This document shows positions 19,595 through 30,242 of a stretch of DNA of 64,000 bases, one piece after another; the stretch's first letter is position 1, and each line of letters starts with the position of its first letter. Under the pieces are notes generated by a model that was given only the letters and a program-made list of their open reading frames with translations, searched no databases and was not told the DNA's origin. The position numbers were made by a program, and so were the translations under genes. Source of the stretch: an uncultured bacterium (GTDB lineage Bacteria > Zixibacteria > MSB-5A5 > CAIYYT01); contig CAVSCK010000005.1 of assembly GCA_963726455.1 (NCBI GenBank), positions 603,841 to 667,840 of the forward strand. The letters are read 5' to 3'.

Positions 19595-19999
19595 ATGCAA
19601 CACATTTCTATAGACAAAACCAAACAAGAAATTTGGCAGACCATTCAGTCCCTCAATCGCGCCTGGACGACGGGCAAATGCAATGACCTGAGAGAATACT
19701 TCTATGAGGATATGGTCGCGATCACGCCGGTTGATCGGGAGCGTCGCGAAGGGCGGCAGGCATGTATTGACGGCTGGGCGGGATTTGTCGCGGCGACTAC
19801 CAAGATTCATTACTGGAAAGAAATCGATCCCAAGATTCAGCTTTATGGCAACAGCGCGGTCGTGACATATTACTTCGACATGTCCTACGATATGGGCGGG
19901 CAGACGATCCACTCCGAAGGGCGTGACATGCTTGTTATGGTCAAAGAAAATGGCAGATGGTGGGCGGTGGCGGATCAGTTTTCGATGTTTCCAAAATAG
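19595..19999 (+). CDS. NTF2-like / DUF4440 (SnoaL-like) family protein
   Basis: LNRAW...YFYEDMV...REGR...IQLYGNSAVVTY...GRDMLVMVKENGRWW. Confidence 0.8.
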   Translation: MQHISIDKTKQEIWQTIQSLNRAWTTGKCNDLREYFYEDMVAITPVDRERREGRQACIDGWAGFVAATTKIHYWKEIDPKIQLYGNSAVVTYYFDMSYDMGGQTIHSEGRDMLVMVKENGRWWAVADQFSMFPK

Positions 20000-20004
20000 C
20001 AGTG

Positions 20005-20046
20005 TTCCCTCACCCCCAACCCCTCTCCCAAAGGGCGAGGGGAGAA
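20005..20046. repeat. C-rich/G-rich palindromic REP-like element
   Basis: CCCTCACCCCCAACCCCTCTCCC-AAA-GGGCGAGGGGAG; related to 5421-5464. Confidence 0.6.
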
Positions 20047-20125
20047 CCTTCGACGGCGCTGTATTTCTGACGCCATTTCCATTATCTTGGCCGGTACTAT
20101 GGCAACGAGTGTCGACCGAGGCGAA

Positions 20126-21595
20126 ATGATTCGATTTCGTGATGTCGGTTTTGCCTACCCGAACGGCTCACCGGTTATCAATAGACTGACACTGGAAATC
20201 AAGAAGGGGGAACGTGTCTGTCTGTTCGGGCGCAACGGGACGGGGAAATCAACGCTGCTGAAGTTGATCGCAGGGCTGCTATTGCCAAGTACAGGCGAGA
20301 TCGCCATCGACGGAATTCTGACGACAGATCAAAAGCATCTTCCGGAAATACGGCGCAGAGTCGGATTCATATTTCAGAATCCGGAGGATCAGATTGTCGC
20401 CACCAGTGTCGAGGCGGACATTGCCTTCACGCTGGAGAATCTTGGCGTTGAACAAAAGCTCATGCAGGACAAAGTCGGCAGGTGCGCAGAGAAGTTCGGG
20501 CTTGGCGGAATGCTGAAACGCCATCCGTTGGCGCTGTCGGCGGGCGAGAAACAGCGTACAGCGCTGGCAGGCGTGATGGTGGTTGAGCCGGAAATTCTGC
20601 TGTTGGATGAACCAACCTCGTTCCTCGATTTTCGCGGGCGGCAGACTCTGTTTGATCTCGTCTCTTCATCGCGGGAACAGACTGTGATCGCAGCGACGCA
20701 GTATGTTTCCGAGGTACAGAAATATGATCGCGTGATCTTGCTGGATAGGGGCGGATATGCCTTCGACGGCACACGAGACGAATTTGAAAGAACAGATGCA
20801 TGGAGAGATATGTCGGCAGTTGTGGCGCGTAGGGGCATGGTCTCCGTGCATGTCGAAGTCGGCGAGGAGACCTCGCTCCGACAAGGGCCGGTGATTGAAA
20901 TGCGCGGCGTGACGTTTGGGTATGTTACGGAAAAGCGCGTGTTACAGAGTGTCGATGTAAGCGTGGCGAACAATAGGATAAGTGCGGTGCTGGGAGATTC
21001 GGGTTGTGGCAAGACCACGTTGGCGTTGCTGCTGGCCGGGTTGGTTGATCCTGCTGACGGTACAATGCTACTTCAGGGACGAGAAGTCGACTCGAAAGAG
21101 CTGATGAAGAATGTGGCGGTGCTGTTTCAATTTCCGGAAGCGAGTTTTTTTGCCGACACCGCGCGCGAGGAAGTTGCCTTTGGTATCAAGCCATTACGAT
21201 TGTCCGACGCTGACACGACAGACAGAGTGCGCGGAGCTTTGGCGCTGGTCGGAATGGACTATGATAAGTTTGCTGAACGCAACCCGTTTACGCTGTCTGC
21301 GGGCGAGCGGAGAAGAGTCGCAATCGCCTCGGCGCTGATTATGGAGCGGCCGATTATCGTGTTCGACGAAACCACGCTGGGGTTGGATTGGGACGGCAGG
21401 CGCGCGATGGTCAAGCTGGTTTGTGACCTGCGGAATGCCGGGAAGACGATTGTGTTGATGACGCATGACCTGGAATTCGTGAAGCAAACTGCGGATGAGA
21501 TGATATTGATGGATCAGGGTAAAGTCGTGTGGCAGGGGCCGCTTGATGATCGCGATAGGCCGCAGAAATTCCTGCAAGAGCACTTCGGCGTATAG
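20126..21595 (+). CDS. ECF transporter ATPase with two fused ABC domains (EcfA-EcfA')
   Basis: Walker A GRNGTGKS and GDSGCGKT, FQNPEDQ / FQFPE Q-loops, LSAGE signatures, NPFTLS. Confidence 0.85.
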   Translation: MIRFRDVGFAYPNGSPVINRLTLEIKKGERVCLFGRNGTGKSTLLKLIAGLLLPSTGEIAIDGILTTDQKHLPEIRRRVGFIFQNPEDQIVATSVEADIAFTLENLGVEQKLMQDKVGRCAEKFGLGGMLKRHPLALSAGEKQRTALAGVMVVEPEILLLDEPTSFLDFRGRQTLFDLVSSSREQTVIAATQYVSEVQKYDRVILLDRGGYAFDGTRDEFERTDAWRDMSAVVARRGMVSVHVEVGEETSLRQGPVIEMRGVTFGYVTEKRVLQSVDVSVANNRISAVLGDSGCGKTTLALLLAGLVDPADGTMLLQGREVDSKELMKNVAVLFQFPEASFFADTAREEVAFGIKPLRLSDADTTDRVRGALALVGMDYDKFAERNPFTLSAGERRRVAIASALIMERPIIVFDETTLGLDWDGRRAMVKLVCDLRNAGKTIVLMTHDLEFVKQTADEMILMDQGKVVWQGPLDDRDRPQKFLQEHFGV

Positions 21596-21787
21596 ATTCC
21601 CCTAAGTGATTAAAACGGTTGGCTCAAGACGGCGAAGTTATTAGCTTGGAACGGGAAATATGCCCGTGCTTAAAATGTATATAGCTTGAGAGCGTATTTT
21701 ATCACGTCAAGGAGCATTTGCCGTCTCGAAGGCAGGCAATGTATCGCAGGGCCATTAGGAAGTCATTGATAAGGTTGCGAGGAATTC

Positions 21788-22516
21788 ATGTTGCATAATA
21801 CCGTTCTGGCGCAAGTGGGGCTATGGGATTTACTCTCGCAAGCCACGCTTGTTTCCTGGATAATATTAATCACGCTGGTCATAATGAGTTTGGGTACCTG
21901 GGGTGTGATCTTGAACAAATGGCGGACATTCAAGGCCGCCGAAGCAGACGGCAGGCGGTTTTTCAATGCCTTTCATCGACGTACCAATTTGAAAGAAGCC
22001 CACGACAAATGCCTGATTTACAAACACACGCCGCTCACGAAAGTATTCGAAGAAGGTTATCGCGAATTGCAGCTATTGACCAGTATCAAGCAGAACGGCA
22101 GCAAGAGCAATGGGGAAGCAAAAGAAGGTGAGCCGATCAGATTGCTGCCGGAAGAGGTCGAAGCAATCGACAAGATTCTGGAGAAAGAAGCCAGCATGCA
22201 AATCGGCAATCTGGAACGGAATGTGGCCTTTCTGGCGACCTGCGCCAATGTCGCGCCGTTTATCGGACTGCTGGGTACCTGTTATGGAATTATGACGTCG
22301 TTTATGAATATCGGCGCGCAGGGTTCGGCGTCGCTGATCGTGGTGGCGCCCGGTATTGCCGAGGCACTGGTAGCAACAATCGTCGGCCTGGCCGTGGCGA
22401 TTCCGGCGGTGGTGGCGTTCAATTGGTGTAATACCAAACTGAAATTCATCGCCGATGACCTGAACAATTTCTCGCTGGAGTTTCTGGCGGTCGTGACAAG
22501 AGATCAAGCACAATGA
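21788..22516 (+). CDS. tolQ: TolQ (MotA/TolQ/ExbB proton channel)
   Basis: LATCANVAPFIGLLGT, VAPGIAEALVATIVGLAVAIPA; first gene of the tol-pal cluster. Confidence 0.9.
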   Translation: MLHNTVLAQVGLWDLLSQATLVSWIILITLVIMSLGTWGVILNKWRTFKAAEADGRRFFNAFHRRTNLKEAHDKCLIYKHTPLTKVFEEGYRELQLLTSIKQNGSKSNGEAKEGEPIRLLPEEVEAIDKILEKEASMQIGNLERNVAFLATCANVAPFIGLLGTCYGIMTSFMNIGAQGSASLIVVAPGIAEALVATIVGLAVAIPAVVAFNWCNTKLKFIADDLNNFSLEFLAVVTRDQAQ

Positions 22517-22950
22517 AGCAGTGGCGTCGACAGCGCATCTATTCACGGATGCATGATATCAACGTGACCAATCTCGTTGACGTGGTGCTGGTCATCCTGA
22601 TCGTGTTTATGATTTCCGCGCCGTTGATGCAGTCGGGAATTGATGTCAACTTGCCGCAGACGAAAGTCGCGGATGCCACAATGTCGGACGGAATCGTGGT
22701 CACCATCGATCAGAAGGGATTTCCCTTTATTGACGACCGTCTGGTGAACCTGAACGAATTCGAAAGCAAAATCAAAGATGCCTACAACATGGCTTCCAAC
22801 AAGAAAGTGTTTCTGCGGGCCGATGGCGCCGTGCCGTATGAAAAAGTGATAGATATCATGGGGCGAATCAAGGCGGCCGGAATTTCGGAGGTCGGCCTGG
22901 TGACCAAACCACCGGAAGAAGGCAAGAAGCTCAAGATCAAGAAGAACTAG
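22513..22950 (+). CDS. tolR: TolR (ExbD/TolR)
   Basis: INVTNLVDVVLVILIVFMISAPL, LRADGAVPY. Confidence 0.9.
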   Translation: MKQWRRQRIYSRMHDINVTNLVDVVLVILIVFMISAPLMQSGIDVNLPQTKVADATMSDGIVVTIDQKGFPFIDDRLVNLNEFESKIKDAYNMASNKKVFLRADGAVPYEKVIDIMGRIKAAGISEVGLVTKPPEEGKKLKIKKN

Positions 22951-22957
22951 CCCGGCG

Positions 22958-23656
22958 GTGAGGGCGGTTGATTTTGCAGGTCAAGAAAGAGCTCGAGATA
23001 CAGTGATTACGACAAGAAGAGATCTGGTCATTTCCGTGATCGGGCATTGTGCCTTGCTCCTGGGTCTGATTGCATTGAATCCGAGCCGGGGCATGTTTCG
23101 TGGCACGCCGGATATCATGAATGTCGATCTGTCGCAATTGATGACTCCGGCAGGAGCGGGCAGGGCGACGACGCAAGAAGTAGCCGTGCCGAAACCGAAA
23201 GAAGAAACCATCGCGCCGACGCAGAAACAACAGGTCAAGAAAGAGAAGACCGAGAAAATAGAGAAAACCAAGCCGACGCAGCAACAGACGAAAGCCGACG
23301 GCAAAGGTGGACTGGATGTTTCCACCAAGGTGGGACAGGGCGCCGGTGAAGGCGAAGGGGAGAACATCGGTGGTTCGAATCTGCCGTACAATCTCGGATT
23401 GGTACTATCAATTATAGAACGCTCCTGGCGCAATCCGGTGTCGTCTTCGACGCCGGTCAACTGTACGATCTACTGCCAGATCGATCGCGACGGCTTCGTA
23501 ATCGGCGAACCGACAGTGGAGAAGTCGTCGGGTATCGCCGTGTTCGATCAGTCGGCGATATTCGCAATCAAACGCGCCGGACAGTTTCCACCCTTTCCAT
23601 TGGAATTTGACTATGACTATATTGGCCTGCACTTGGATTTCGAATATGCGCCGTAA
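22958..23656 (+). CDS. tolA: TolA/TonB C-terminal domain protein (start possibly GTG 23003)
   Basis: SVIGH TM motif, Lys/Glu-rich linker, KSSGIAVFDQSAIFAI...FPPFP; lies between tolR and tolB. Confidence 0.75.
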   Translation: MRAVDFAGQERARDTVITTRRDLVISVIGHCALLLGLIALNPSRGMFRGTPDIMNVDLSQLMTPAGAGRATTQEVAVPKPKEETIAPTQKQQVKKEKTEKIEKTKPTQQQTKADGKGGLDVSTKVGQGAGEGEGENIGGSNLPYNLGLVLSIIERSWRNPVSSSTPVNCTIYCQIDRDGFVIGEPTVEKSSGIAVFDQSAIFAIKRAGQFPPFPLEFDYDYIGLHLDFEYAP

Positions 23657-25010
23657 AGATTGGTGTACTTTCATTCTGACAAATCTCTTCGCTAAGCCGG
23701 TGACAGCCGTTCTGTTGCTGTTTGTTGCGATATCCTGTTTCGGTTCATCGCAAGTCGTGGCGGAGACGGGCAAGGATATCTACGGCAAGATCGTAACCGG
23801 CACATTTCAAGCATACAAGATCGCCATCGGCGATTTCAAGGTCACCGGCGAATGGTCGCTGGGCGCAGACTCCGTGGCGTCGGCGATCAAGAAAGTGGTG
23901 ACCGACGATCTTGACTTTCACATTTTCTTCGACACGGTAGCGGTCAATCAGTTCTACATCGATGTGTGGGAGGTAAAGGAGATCACGCCGGAAATGTGGG
24001 GGAGAATGGGAGCGGACTATCTTGTCAGCGGAACAATCGAACTAAGAGGCGACGACATCGTCGTATCATATCAAATCTCCGAAGTAAAACCGGCGGTCAA
24101 AGACTTGAAGGATGAAAAATTCAAGACCAAGAGCGTGAATTATCGCAGGGTGGCCCACATGATTGGTGATGCTGCGGTCAAGCAGATTGCCGCGGAGAAA
24201 CCGTTTTTCACCACAAGAATTGCTTACATCAGCGCTACGACCGGCCACAAGGAAGTATGGCTGTGTGATTATGACGGCGCCAACCCGATGCGGCTGACCG
24301 ATGACCGTAGCATTGATCTCTCTCCCTGCTGGGATCGCAATGAAGAAAAGTTGCTGTACACCACCTTCAAGAAGGGAAACACGGAAATCTGGGAGCAGGA
24401 TATTAAGTCTGGTAAAGGGCGGGCGATATCGGCGTACCCGGGAATGAATTCGGCGCCGGCAATTTCACCTGACAACGGCGAGATTGCGGTGACGCTCTCG
24501 AAGGAAGGGACACCTGACCTTTATATATTGAATCGCAAGGGCGAGATCAGACGCCGGTTGACGATGATGGTGAGTTCGATTCAGACCGGGGCATCCTGGT
24601 CGCCGACTGGGCAGGAGATAGTGTTTACATCCGACCGCACCGGCTCGCCTCAGATCTACCGAGTGGACAAGGACGGTGTCGGCCTGACGCGATTGACTTA
24701 CGAGGGCAAGTACAACGATTCACCCGATTACTCTCCGAATGGAGACGCCATTGTTTATGTCGCTCGCGGCGAGGATGGCGACTTCCAAATTTGCACGATC
24801 GACACCAAGGGAGGGCAATTCGTTCAGCTCGATCAGACCGGGTCGAATGAAAATCCGCACTGGTCGCCGGATGGATGGCATGTAGTTTTTTGTAAACAAG
24901 TTGGCTCCAAATACGATTTGTATATTATGGATCGCTTCAAGAAGAAGCTTAAGAAAATCACCACCGATGGGAAATCGTCAAACCCCGCTTGGCAGCCATT
25001 CGTCGATTGA
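23646..25010 (+). CDS. tolB: Tol-Pal beta-propeller protein TolB
   Basis: TRIAYI, DYDGANP, repeated WSPxG/PD40 motifs, FTSDRTGSPQIY. Confidence 0.92.
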   Translation: MRRKDWCTFILTNLFAKPVTAVLLLFVAISCFGSSQVVAETGKDIYGKIVTGTFQAYKIAIGDFKVTGEWSLGADSVASAIKKVVTDDLDFHIFFDTVAVNQFYIDVWEVKEITPEMWGRMGADYLVSGTIELRGDDIVVSYQISEVKPAVKDLKDEKFKTKSVNYRRVAHMIGDAAVKQIAAEKPFFTTRIAYISATTGHKEVWLCDYDGANPMRLTDDRSIDLSPCWDRNEEKLLYTTFKKGNTEIWEQDIKSGKGRAISAYPGMNSAPAISPDNGEIAVTLSKEGTPDLYILNRKGEIRRRLTMMVSSIQTGASWSPTGQEIVFTSDRTGSPQIYRVDKDGVGLTRLTYEGKYNDSPDYSPNGDAIVYVARGEDGDFQICTIDTKGGQFVQLDQTGSNENPHWSPDGWHVVFCKQVGSKYDLYIMDRFKKKLKKITTDGKSSNPAWQPFVD

Positions 25011-25210
25011 CGGTCTTACTACGTAGTGCTTGATAGGTAGAGGTTTTGGACAGGGAGAGTCGAAGGCGAGAGACGCCACGCAAGAACGATTCGTAAGTAA
25101 TTATCTTTCAGTGCATTAGGTACTACTGGACGCTGGTAATATTTAGCCGACAATATCTAATGGGGAATATGGGACGACGTTAGTGGTGTTGAAATCGTGT
25201 GCGGAAGTGG

Positions 25211-25239
25211 TTGACAAACGAGTTTAACTGTTGAATAAT
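25211..25239 (+). promoter_or_regulatory. Internal sigma70-type promoter upstream of pal
   Basis: TTGACA-N17-AATAAT. Confidence 0.45.
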
Positions 25240-25311
25240 AGTCGCCAGAGCCCGAAATTCGGGCAAACGGCTTGGATCATGTAAGTCATTGATAATCAAG
25301 GAGGAAACGGA

Positions 25312-25815
25312 ATGAGGAGCTATCTGACACTGCTTTTGTCGGCAGCGCTCATTGCATTTATGGCGGGATGCGCCAAAAAACCGCAGGTAGAAGCACCAAC
25401 AACAAAGACACCGGTGGGCGAAACCAAACCAACCACGCCACCGGAATCGACTAAGTCAACGGAACCGGTTGAAACGGAACCGTCGTCCAGGTTCGCGGCG
25501 ATTTACTTCGATTTCGACAAGTATAATCTCACGGAAGATGCGCTTGGAGCACTGAAGAAGAACGTCGAAGTGATGAAGCAGGATCCGAACATCAATATCA
25601 CGATTGAAGGAAACTGCGACGAACGCGGTACGGTTGAATACAACCTGGCGTTGGGCGAACGGCGAGCGAAGTCGGCGCGCGATTACCTGATCAGTTCTGG
25701 AATCAAGTCAAACCGAATTTCGATCATCAGCTATGGTAAGGAACGTCCGAAAGCAATGGGACATGACGAATCAAGCTGGGGACAGAATCGAAGAGACGAT
25801 TTCGTCGAAAAATAA
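25312..25815 (+). CDS. pal: Peptidoglycan-associated lipoprotein Pal
   Basis: Lipobox MAGC, IYFDFDKY, IEGNCDERGTVEYNLALGERRA, SYGKERP, QNRRD. Confidence 0.95.
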   Translation: MRSYLTLLLSAALIAFMAGCAKKPQVEAPTTKTPVGETKPTTPPESTKSTEPVETEPSSRFAAIYFDFDKYNLTEDALGALKKNVEVMKQDPNINITIEGNCDERGTVEYNLALGERRAKSARDYLISSGIKSNRISIISYGKERPKAMGHDESSWGQNRRDDFVEK

Positions 25816-25863
25816 CCCAAGAAAGGGCGGCCAGTCCGCCCTTTTGTTTTGTGGAGTAGTGAC

Positions 25864-26616
25864 ATGAGATGGATCGGCTTGGCTATATCAGCTATGGGAA
25901 TCGTTACGATTGCCGGGTGCGCCTCGCGCGGGGAGATCGAAACGATGAAGGCGCAACTTGAGTACATCGAGCGCTCCACCGTGCAGATGCAGGACCGACT
26001 GGTGCAGTTGGACAGCATGTACCGCGAAACGATTGATAAGAATGTGTCGTATCAGGCCGACCTTAAGACGGCGTTGTCGACGTTGATCGACAAGAGCTCG
26101 TCGATTGACAACCGGCTGAGTGATATGGAAGATCGGTTGAACACTATCGTCAATCGTCCATCGCGCGGCGGTCAAACGGGCACGGATCAACCACCTGTTG
26201 GCGGTGTGACTCCGAGTGATACCGGCAAGGCGGGTTTGCCCCAGGTTGACCCGAAGAAGTTGTTCGACAATGCGTACGCGGATATGACTTCGAAAAACTA
26301 TGATTTTGCGATCATGGAATTCGGCGAATTCGTGGCGCAGTTCAAGGACGACCCGATGGCGGGTGATGCGCAATTCTGGCTGGGTGAATGTTATTACGGA
26401 AAGCGGGAGTATGCGAAGGCAGCGGCCGAATTCGACAAGGTCGTGAAGAACTATCCCAAGAGCGACAAGATGGTGACGGCTGTGTTTAAGGCGGGCAGGT
26501 CGTACGAAGAACTTGGCGACAAGAAGAAAGCCAGAGCGAGCTTCCAACGAATCGTGACGGAGTTCCCGAAGTCTATCGAAGCGAATATGGCGCAGGAGCG
26601 ACTGAAGGGACTGTAA
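25864..26616 (+). CDS. cpoB: Tol-Pal system protein YbgF/CpoB (lipoprotein, coiled coil + TPR)
   Basis: Lipobox IAGC, coiled coil, DAQFWLGECYY, YPKSDK; follows pal. Confidence 0.88.
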   Translation: MRWIGLAISAMGIVTIAGCASRGEIETMKAQLEYIERSTVQMQDRLVQLDSMYRETIDKNVSYQADLKTALSTLIDKSSSIDNRLSDMEDRLNTIVNRPSRGGQTGTDQPPVGGVTPSDTGKAGLPQVDPKKLFDNAYADMTSKNYDFAIMEFGEFVAQFKDDPMAGDAQFWLGECYYGKREYAKAAAEFDKVVKNYPKSDKMVTAVFKAGRSYEELGDKKKARASFQRIVTEFPKSIEANMAQERLKGL

Positions 26617-27114
26617 TGCCGCCGATTCTGTTGAAAATCTCCGAACTGGCGCGGTCTTATCCCTGCCGGGCGTTCTACGATTCCGGCGGTGATTCGTTGT
26701 CGGTCGGAGTCAAGCAGAAAGGGAAATTCGGGGCGTGTGTAGAAGGCGACGGGTTTTCGTTTGATCTGACCAAAGACGGCAAGCTTCTGAATATCGATGT
26801 GTGGAAACCGCGCCAGGAATGGACGGTCGGAGAAAGCGATTCATCCGCCGGATGATTTCGACAAGGAAGATGTGACGTTTGTCGGCGCGCGCCTGAAAGC
26901 CGAGCCGGCATCGTTCAGCACCAACGACCAGAAGACGCTTCTGTATATCCGTTTCGCAACCGAGCGAGTCGCCCGCTTTGTCTCGCCGGCCAATGCATTG
27001 ATTTTCGAACTCAACGCCAAGCGCCAATTGATCGGGTTGTGGATCTTGCAGATCGAGGACGACAACAACTTCGTCAAAGAAGCGGAATGGCGCCGTTCGG
27101 TGAAGGCGGTGTGA
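26616..27114 (+). CDS. Protein with two DUF2283-like beta modules, split by a +1 frameshift near 26829
   Basis: YDSGGDSLSV...FDLTKDGKLLNIDV in one frame and LLYIRF...FELNAKRQLIGLWI in the next; removing one G joins them. Confidence 0.55.
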
Positions 27115-27261
27115 GGGGGTTAGTGATCTCCTCTTCTGCTACCGTACCATTTGGATTTCCCCTCATTTTCTAGTTGCAGACATTTCTTGACCTCAGTATC
27201 GTTCCGATAGAGCAGGACATGGAATGTGAAATGATTATCTGATATTTTGGAGGGTTTTGTA

Positions 27262-28050
27262 ATGAAGAAGATTACCGGGTTCTTGCTGGTGCTGCTGGCG
27301 GCGGCGTTGATCGGCGGCTGCATTGACTACACAGAAATACTGGAGCTGAACGCCGACGGTTCCGGAACCATGTCGATGCAAGTCGTCGTGCACAAGAAGT
27401 TTTTCGACGCTTTCGATCAAATGATGGGTAGCGTACCTGACACGAGTGTCAAGAGCGACAGCAACGACTACGGCATGTTCAAGCGCGAAGACATCGAAAA
27501 GCAAATCGCCGACAGCAAACTGAAGATCAAGCTGGTCGATTTCACGCAGCAAAACACCGACTCGACGCTGATCAGCAACGTCAAGTTCTCATTTACCGAC
27601 TTCAGTGACATGATGAAGATGAGCCAGCAAATGGGTAAAGCGGAAGTGCCGGAGGAGGAGTCGCCCAAAAAGAAGGTGACGTTCCTGAAGAGCACCGACG
27701 GCCTCTGGAACTACGCTCGCGATTTCCAGGACTCGTCAATGAATATGATGATGGAAGGCCTGTCGGACACCTCGGCATTGTCGGCACAGAACCCAACGGC
27801 GGAAGGTGACTCGACTACCGATTCACTCGCGCAGGGATTCGGAAATGCGATGGCGGAAATGTCCAAGACTATGGCGAAGATGATGGTCTCGGCCTTTTCC
27901 GATTGCCATATGCGGATGGCGGTTAAATTTCCGGGCAAGATTGTCAAGACCAACGCGACCAAAGTCGAGGGCAACACCGCAATCTGGGAATATAAATTGA
28001 ACGAAATTCCCAAGGCGCCCAAGCAACTGGAAGCATCGGTTCAGATGTAA
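27262..28050 (+). CDS. Lipoprotein, LppM/DUF3153-like
   Basis: Lipobox IGGC, LNADGSGT, FPGKIVKTNATKVEGNTAIW. Confidence 0.7.
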   Translation: MKKITGFLLVLLAAALIGGCIDYTEILELNADGSGTMSMQVVVHKKFFDAFDQMMGSVPDTSVKSDSNDYGMFKREDIEKQIADSKLKIKLVDFTQQNTDSTLISNVKFSFTDFSDMMKMSQQMGKAEVPEEESPKKKVTFLKSTDGLWNYARDFQDSSMNMMMEGLSDTSALSAQNPTAEGDSTTDSLAQGFGNAMAEMSKTMAKMMVSAFSDCHMRMAVKFPGKIVKTNATKVEGNTAIWEYKLNEIPKAPKQLEASVQM

Positions 28051-28104
28051 CCTGGGGCACGGACGCCGAGGTTTCGATTCGGCGCGGGTTCCGGAGTCAG
28101 TTCG

Positions 28105-28437
28105 ATGAAGATTGCACACGTGCCATATACCAGCATTGACTGGTCCAAGGTTCCCGTCACCGAGCACAAGGGTGAATCAGGTGTTGCCTACTGGCGCACG
28201 GTGGAAATCGGAAATCTGCGAGTGCGAATGGTGGAATACTCGCCCGGCTACATGGCAGACCACTGGTGTGCGCGCGGCCACGTGATATTGGTGCTCGAAG
28301 GTCAAATGGTCAACGAATTGAAGGACGGTCGCAAGACGGTGCTGAAGGCGGGTATGGGATATTGTGTCGAGGATGACGAGAACAACCCGCATCGCACATA
28401 TTCGCAGAACGGTGTGAAGCTGTTTATCGTGGATTAA
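28105..28437 (+). CDS. DHCW-motif cupin-fold protein
   Basis: HKGESG.AYWRT...RMVEYSPGYMADHWCARGH...HRT...GVKLFIVD. Confidence 0.85.
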   Translation: MKIAHVPYTSIDWSKVPVTEHKGESGVAYWRTVEIGNLRVRMVEYSPGYMADHWCARGHVILVLEGQMVNELKDGRKTVLKAGMGYCVEDDENNPHRTYSQNGVKLFIVD

Positions 28438-28444
28438 CTGAATT

Positions 28445-28466
28445 GTAGGAGCGACTTCAGTCGCGA
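28445..28466 (+). repeat. GTAG-tagged REP
   Basis: GTAG-GA-GCGAC-TTCA-GTCGC-GA between convergent genes. Confidence 0.65.
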
Positions 28467-28476
28467 CCCGGTTCGC

Positions 28477-30242
28477 TTATCTGGTCGCTCGCGCCGAGTC
28501 CATCTGCGCCATCTTTTGATAATCATTGAGATGCCAGCGGTCGCGAAAGTCGAGGTTGGCATCTGACTTGCCAAAACGCATCTGTGATATTAACTCCAAT
28601 GGCGGTCTAAAGTTCTCACCCGTACGGACAATTCGGAACAACTGACCCGATACGCGCAGCTCGCCGGTTCCCGAATTGTACGGCATCGCGTGCGATGTAT
28701 TCCGCAGACAAATCATAGTACACCGGACGAGGAGCGTAAGTCGTGAGTCTGTGCAGAATGGCACGATAGGCGGATTCGATTGCCCGCGGGTCGTATTGCT
28801 TCCTTTCGCTCGAATTGGCGGACATGCGGCAGAAACGCGTCGATCTCGGGTTTGACGTAGTCGTAGAGCGCGGCGTCGGCATGTCGAATCCAATCGAAGT
28901 ACCAGGAACGGCGCACCAGTTCGGGGTCGATGACGATGATATCAGGGCGTTCTTTCAAATAGAAATGTGAATAGAGCCAGGGACTGGTGTAGTCCCAGTC
29001 GGCACAGAGAATGAGCGCGTTGGGTTCAGCGGATTTGTAGTAGTTGTGCACGCCATCCAGCGCAGCTGTGTCATGCGTTTCGTTATTGGTTCCCCAGTTT
29101 GCGACGACACCCCAGATCACCAACACGCCGATAATCGCCGGCAGCCAACGCCGAAGTATTGGCAAGGCGGATATCAAGCATAATGCCCCCATCGCACCGA
29201 ATAGAAACAGGACGATCACGGACGGCAGGAGGTAGTTGTCGATATCGGGGATGGAGAAGTTGAGAGAGTAGAGCAAGTTGGCCAGCAACAGCAACAGAAG
29301 ATAGAGCGCGATTACAAGACGAGTCCTGATGCCGCGATAAAGTCCGACGACGATCAGCAGCCAGAATGGGAACGGAAATTGTTCGAAGATGATGCCCGCG
29401 AATTTGACAAGCTGGTTGCCTAATTCGGCTATCGGGCGGTTGAACATCCAGACCTGGTACTGCCAGCCGGACACGTGGCGGACGAAGTTTTCCCAGGTTG
29501 TCGGGTGTCCCCAGTTGAAAATCGGGATCCAGTGATGACCGAATCGGAAGAAATAAATAGATCGATGCCGCCAGGAATCCCGCTACTATTGCGGTCGCAA
29601 TCACTTTCGATGACTGAAAAGCAGCGCGCCGGTTGACTATCAGATATGAAATGATAGTCGGAACGAGCAAGATGGTCGACATGTGGTTGCCAAACGACAG
29701 CCCGAAAATGTAGCCGCCGATAATCAGGTTGCGATCGGAGTAGGGCTGGAGGATGATCAACAACAGCAGTGACAGGAACAGCAGGTGCAGACTGTAGACT
29801 TCATTGGTGACGCCTTGCGACCAGAGCAGTGGCGAGACCGCTAGTAGCAATCCGAGAGAGATGGGCAGGACAAGTCGCTGCCAGAGCGCGAGAGAATCAG
29901 AGTCGGCAATTCGCGACTCGACACGATTCCTTTGGAAGCAGATATATGATCGCCGTGACAAACGTGATCGCCGCGGTCGTGCAGAGTGCTCCCAGCAGAA
30001 TCTGTGTTTTGATCAATTCGACCGGCAGCAGCGAGAACAGCCGTCCAATCAGGGTGTAAAGCGGATATCCGGTCGGGTGTGCGATGCCGAGTGTCCAGCA
30101 GACTACGGACGAGCTCGCCGGAATCGATATAGGCGATAGTCGGGTAGGAAGTCAGCCAATACAAGAACAGGGCAGGGAGAGTAACTCCCAGCCCTGCGAA
30201 AAATATCTCTGAATTACCAATTCTAGAACGGAAGGTCGTCAT
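28477..30242 (-). CDS. DUF2723 / TMEM260-like GT-C membrane glycosyltransferase, broken by several frameshifts (errors or pseudogene)
   Basis: Joined fragments give DSGEL...[49 protein letters not shown]. Confidence 0.78.

Noticed and set aside
26853-26855. Selenocysteine readthrough at the TGA ending the first DUF2283-like fragment
   Set aside because: The continuation is in another frame and there is no Cys-equivalent context; a single-base insertion explains it.
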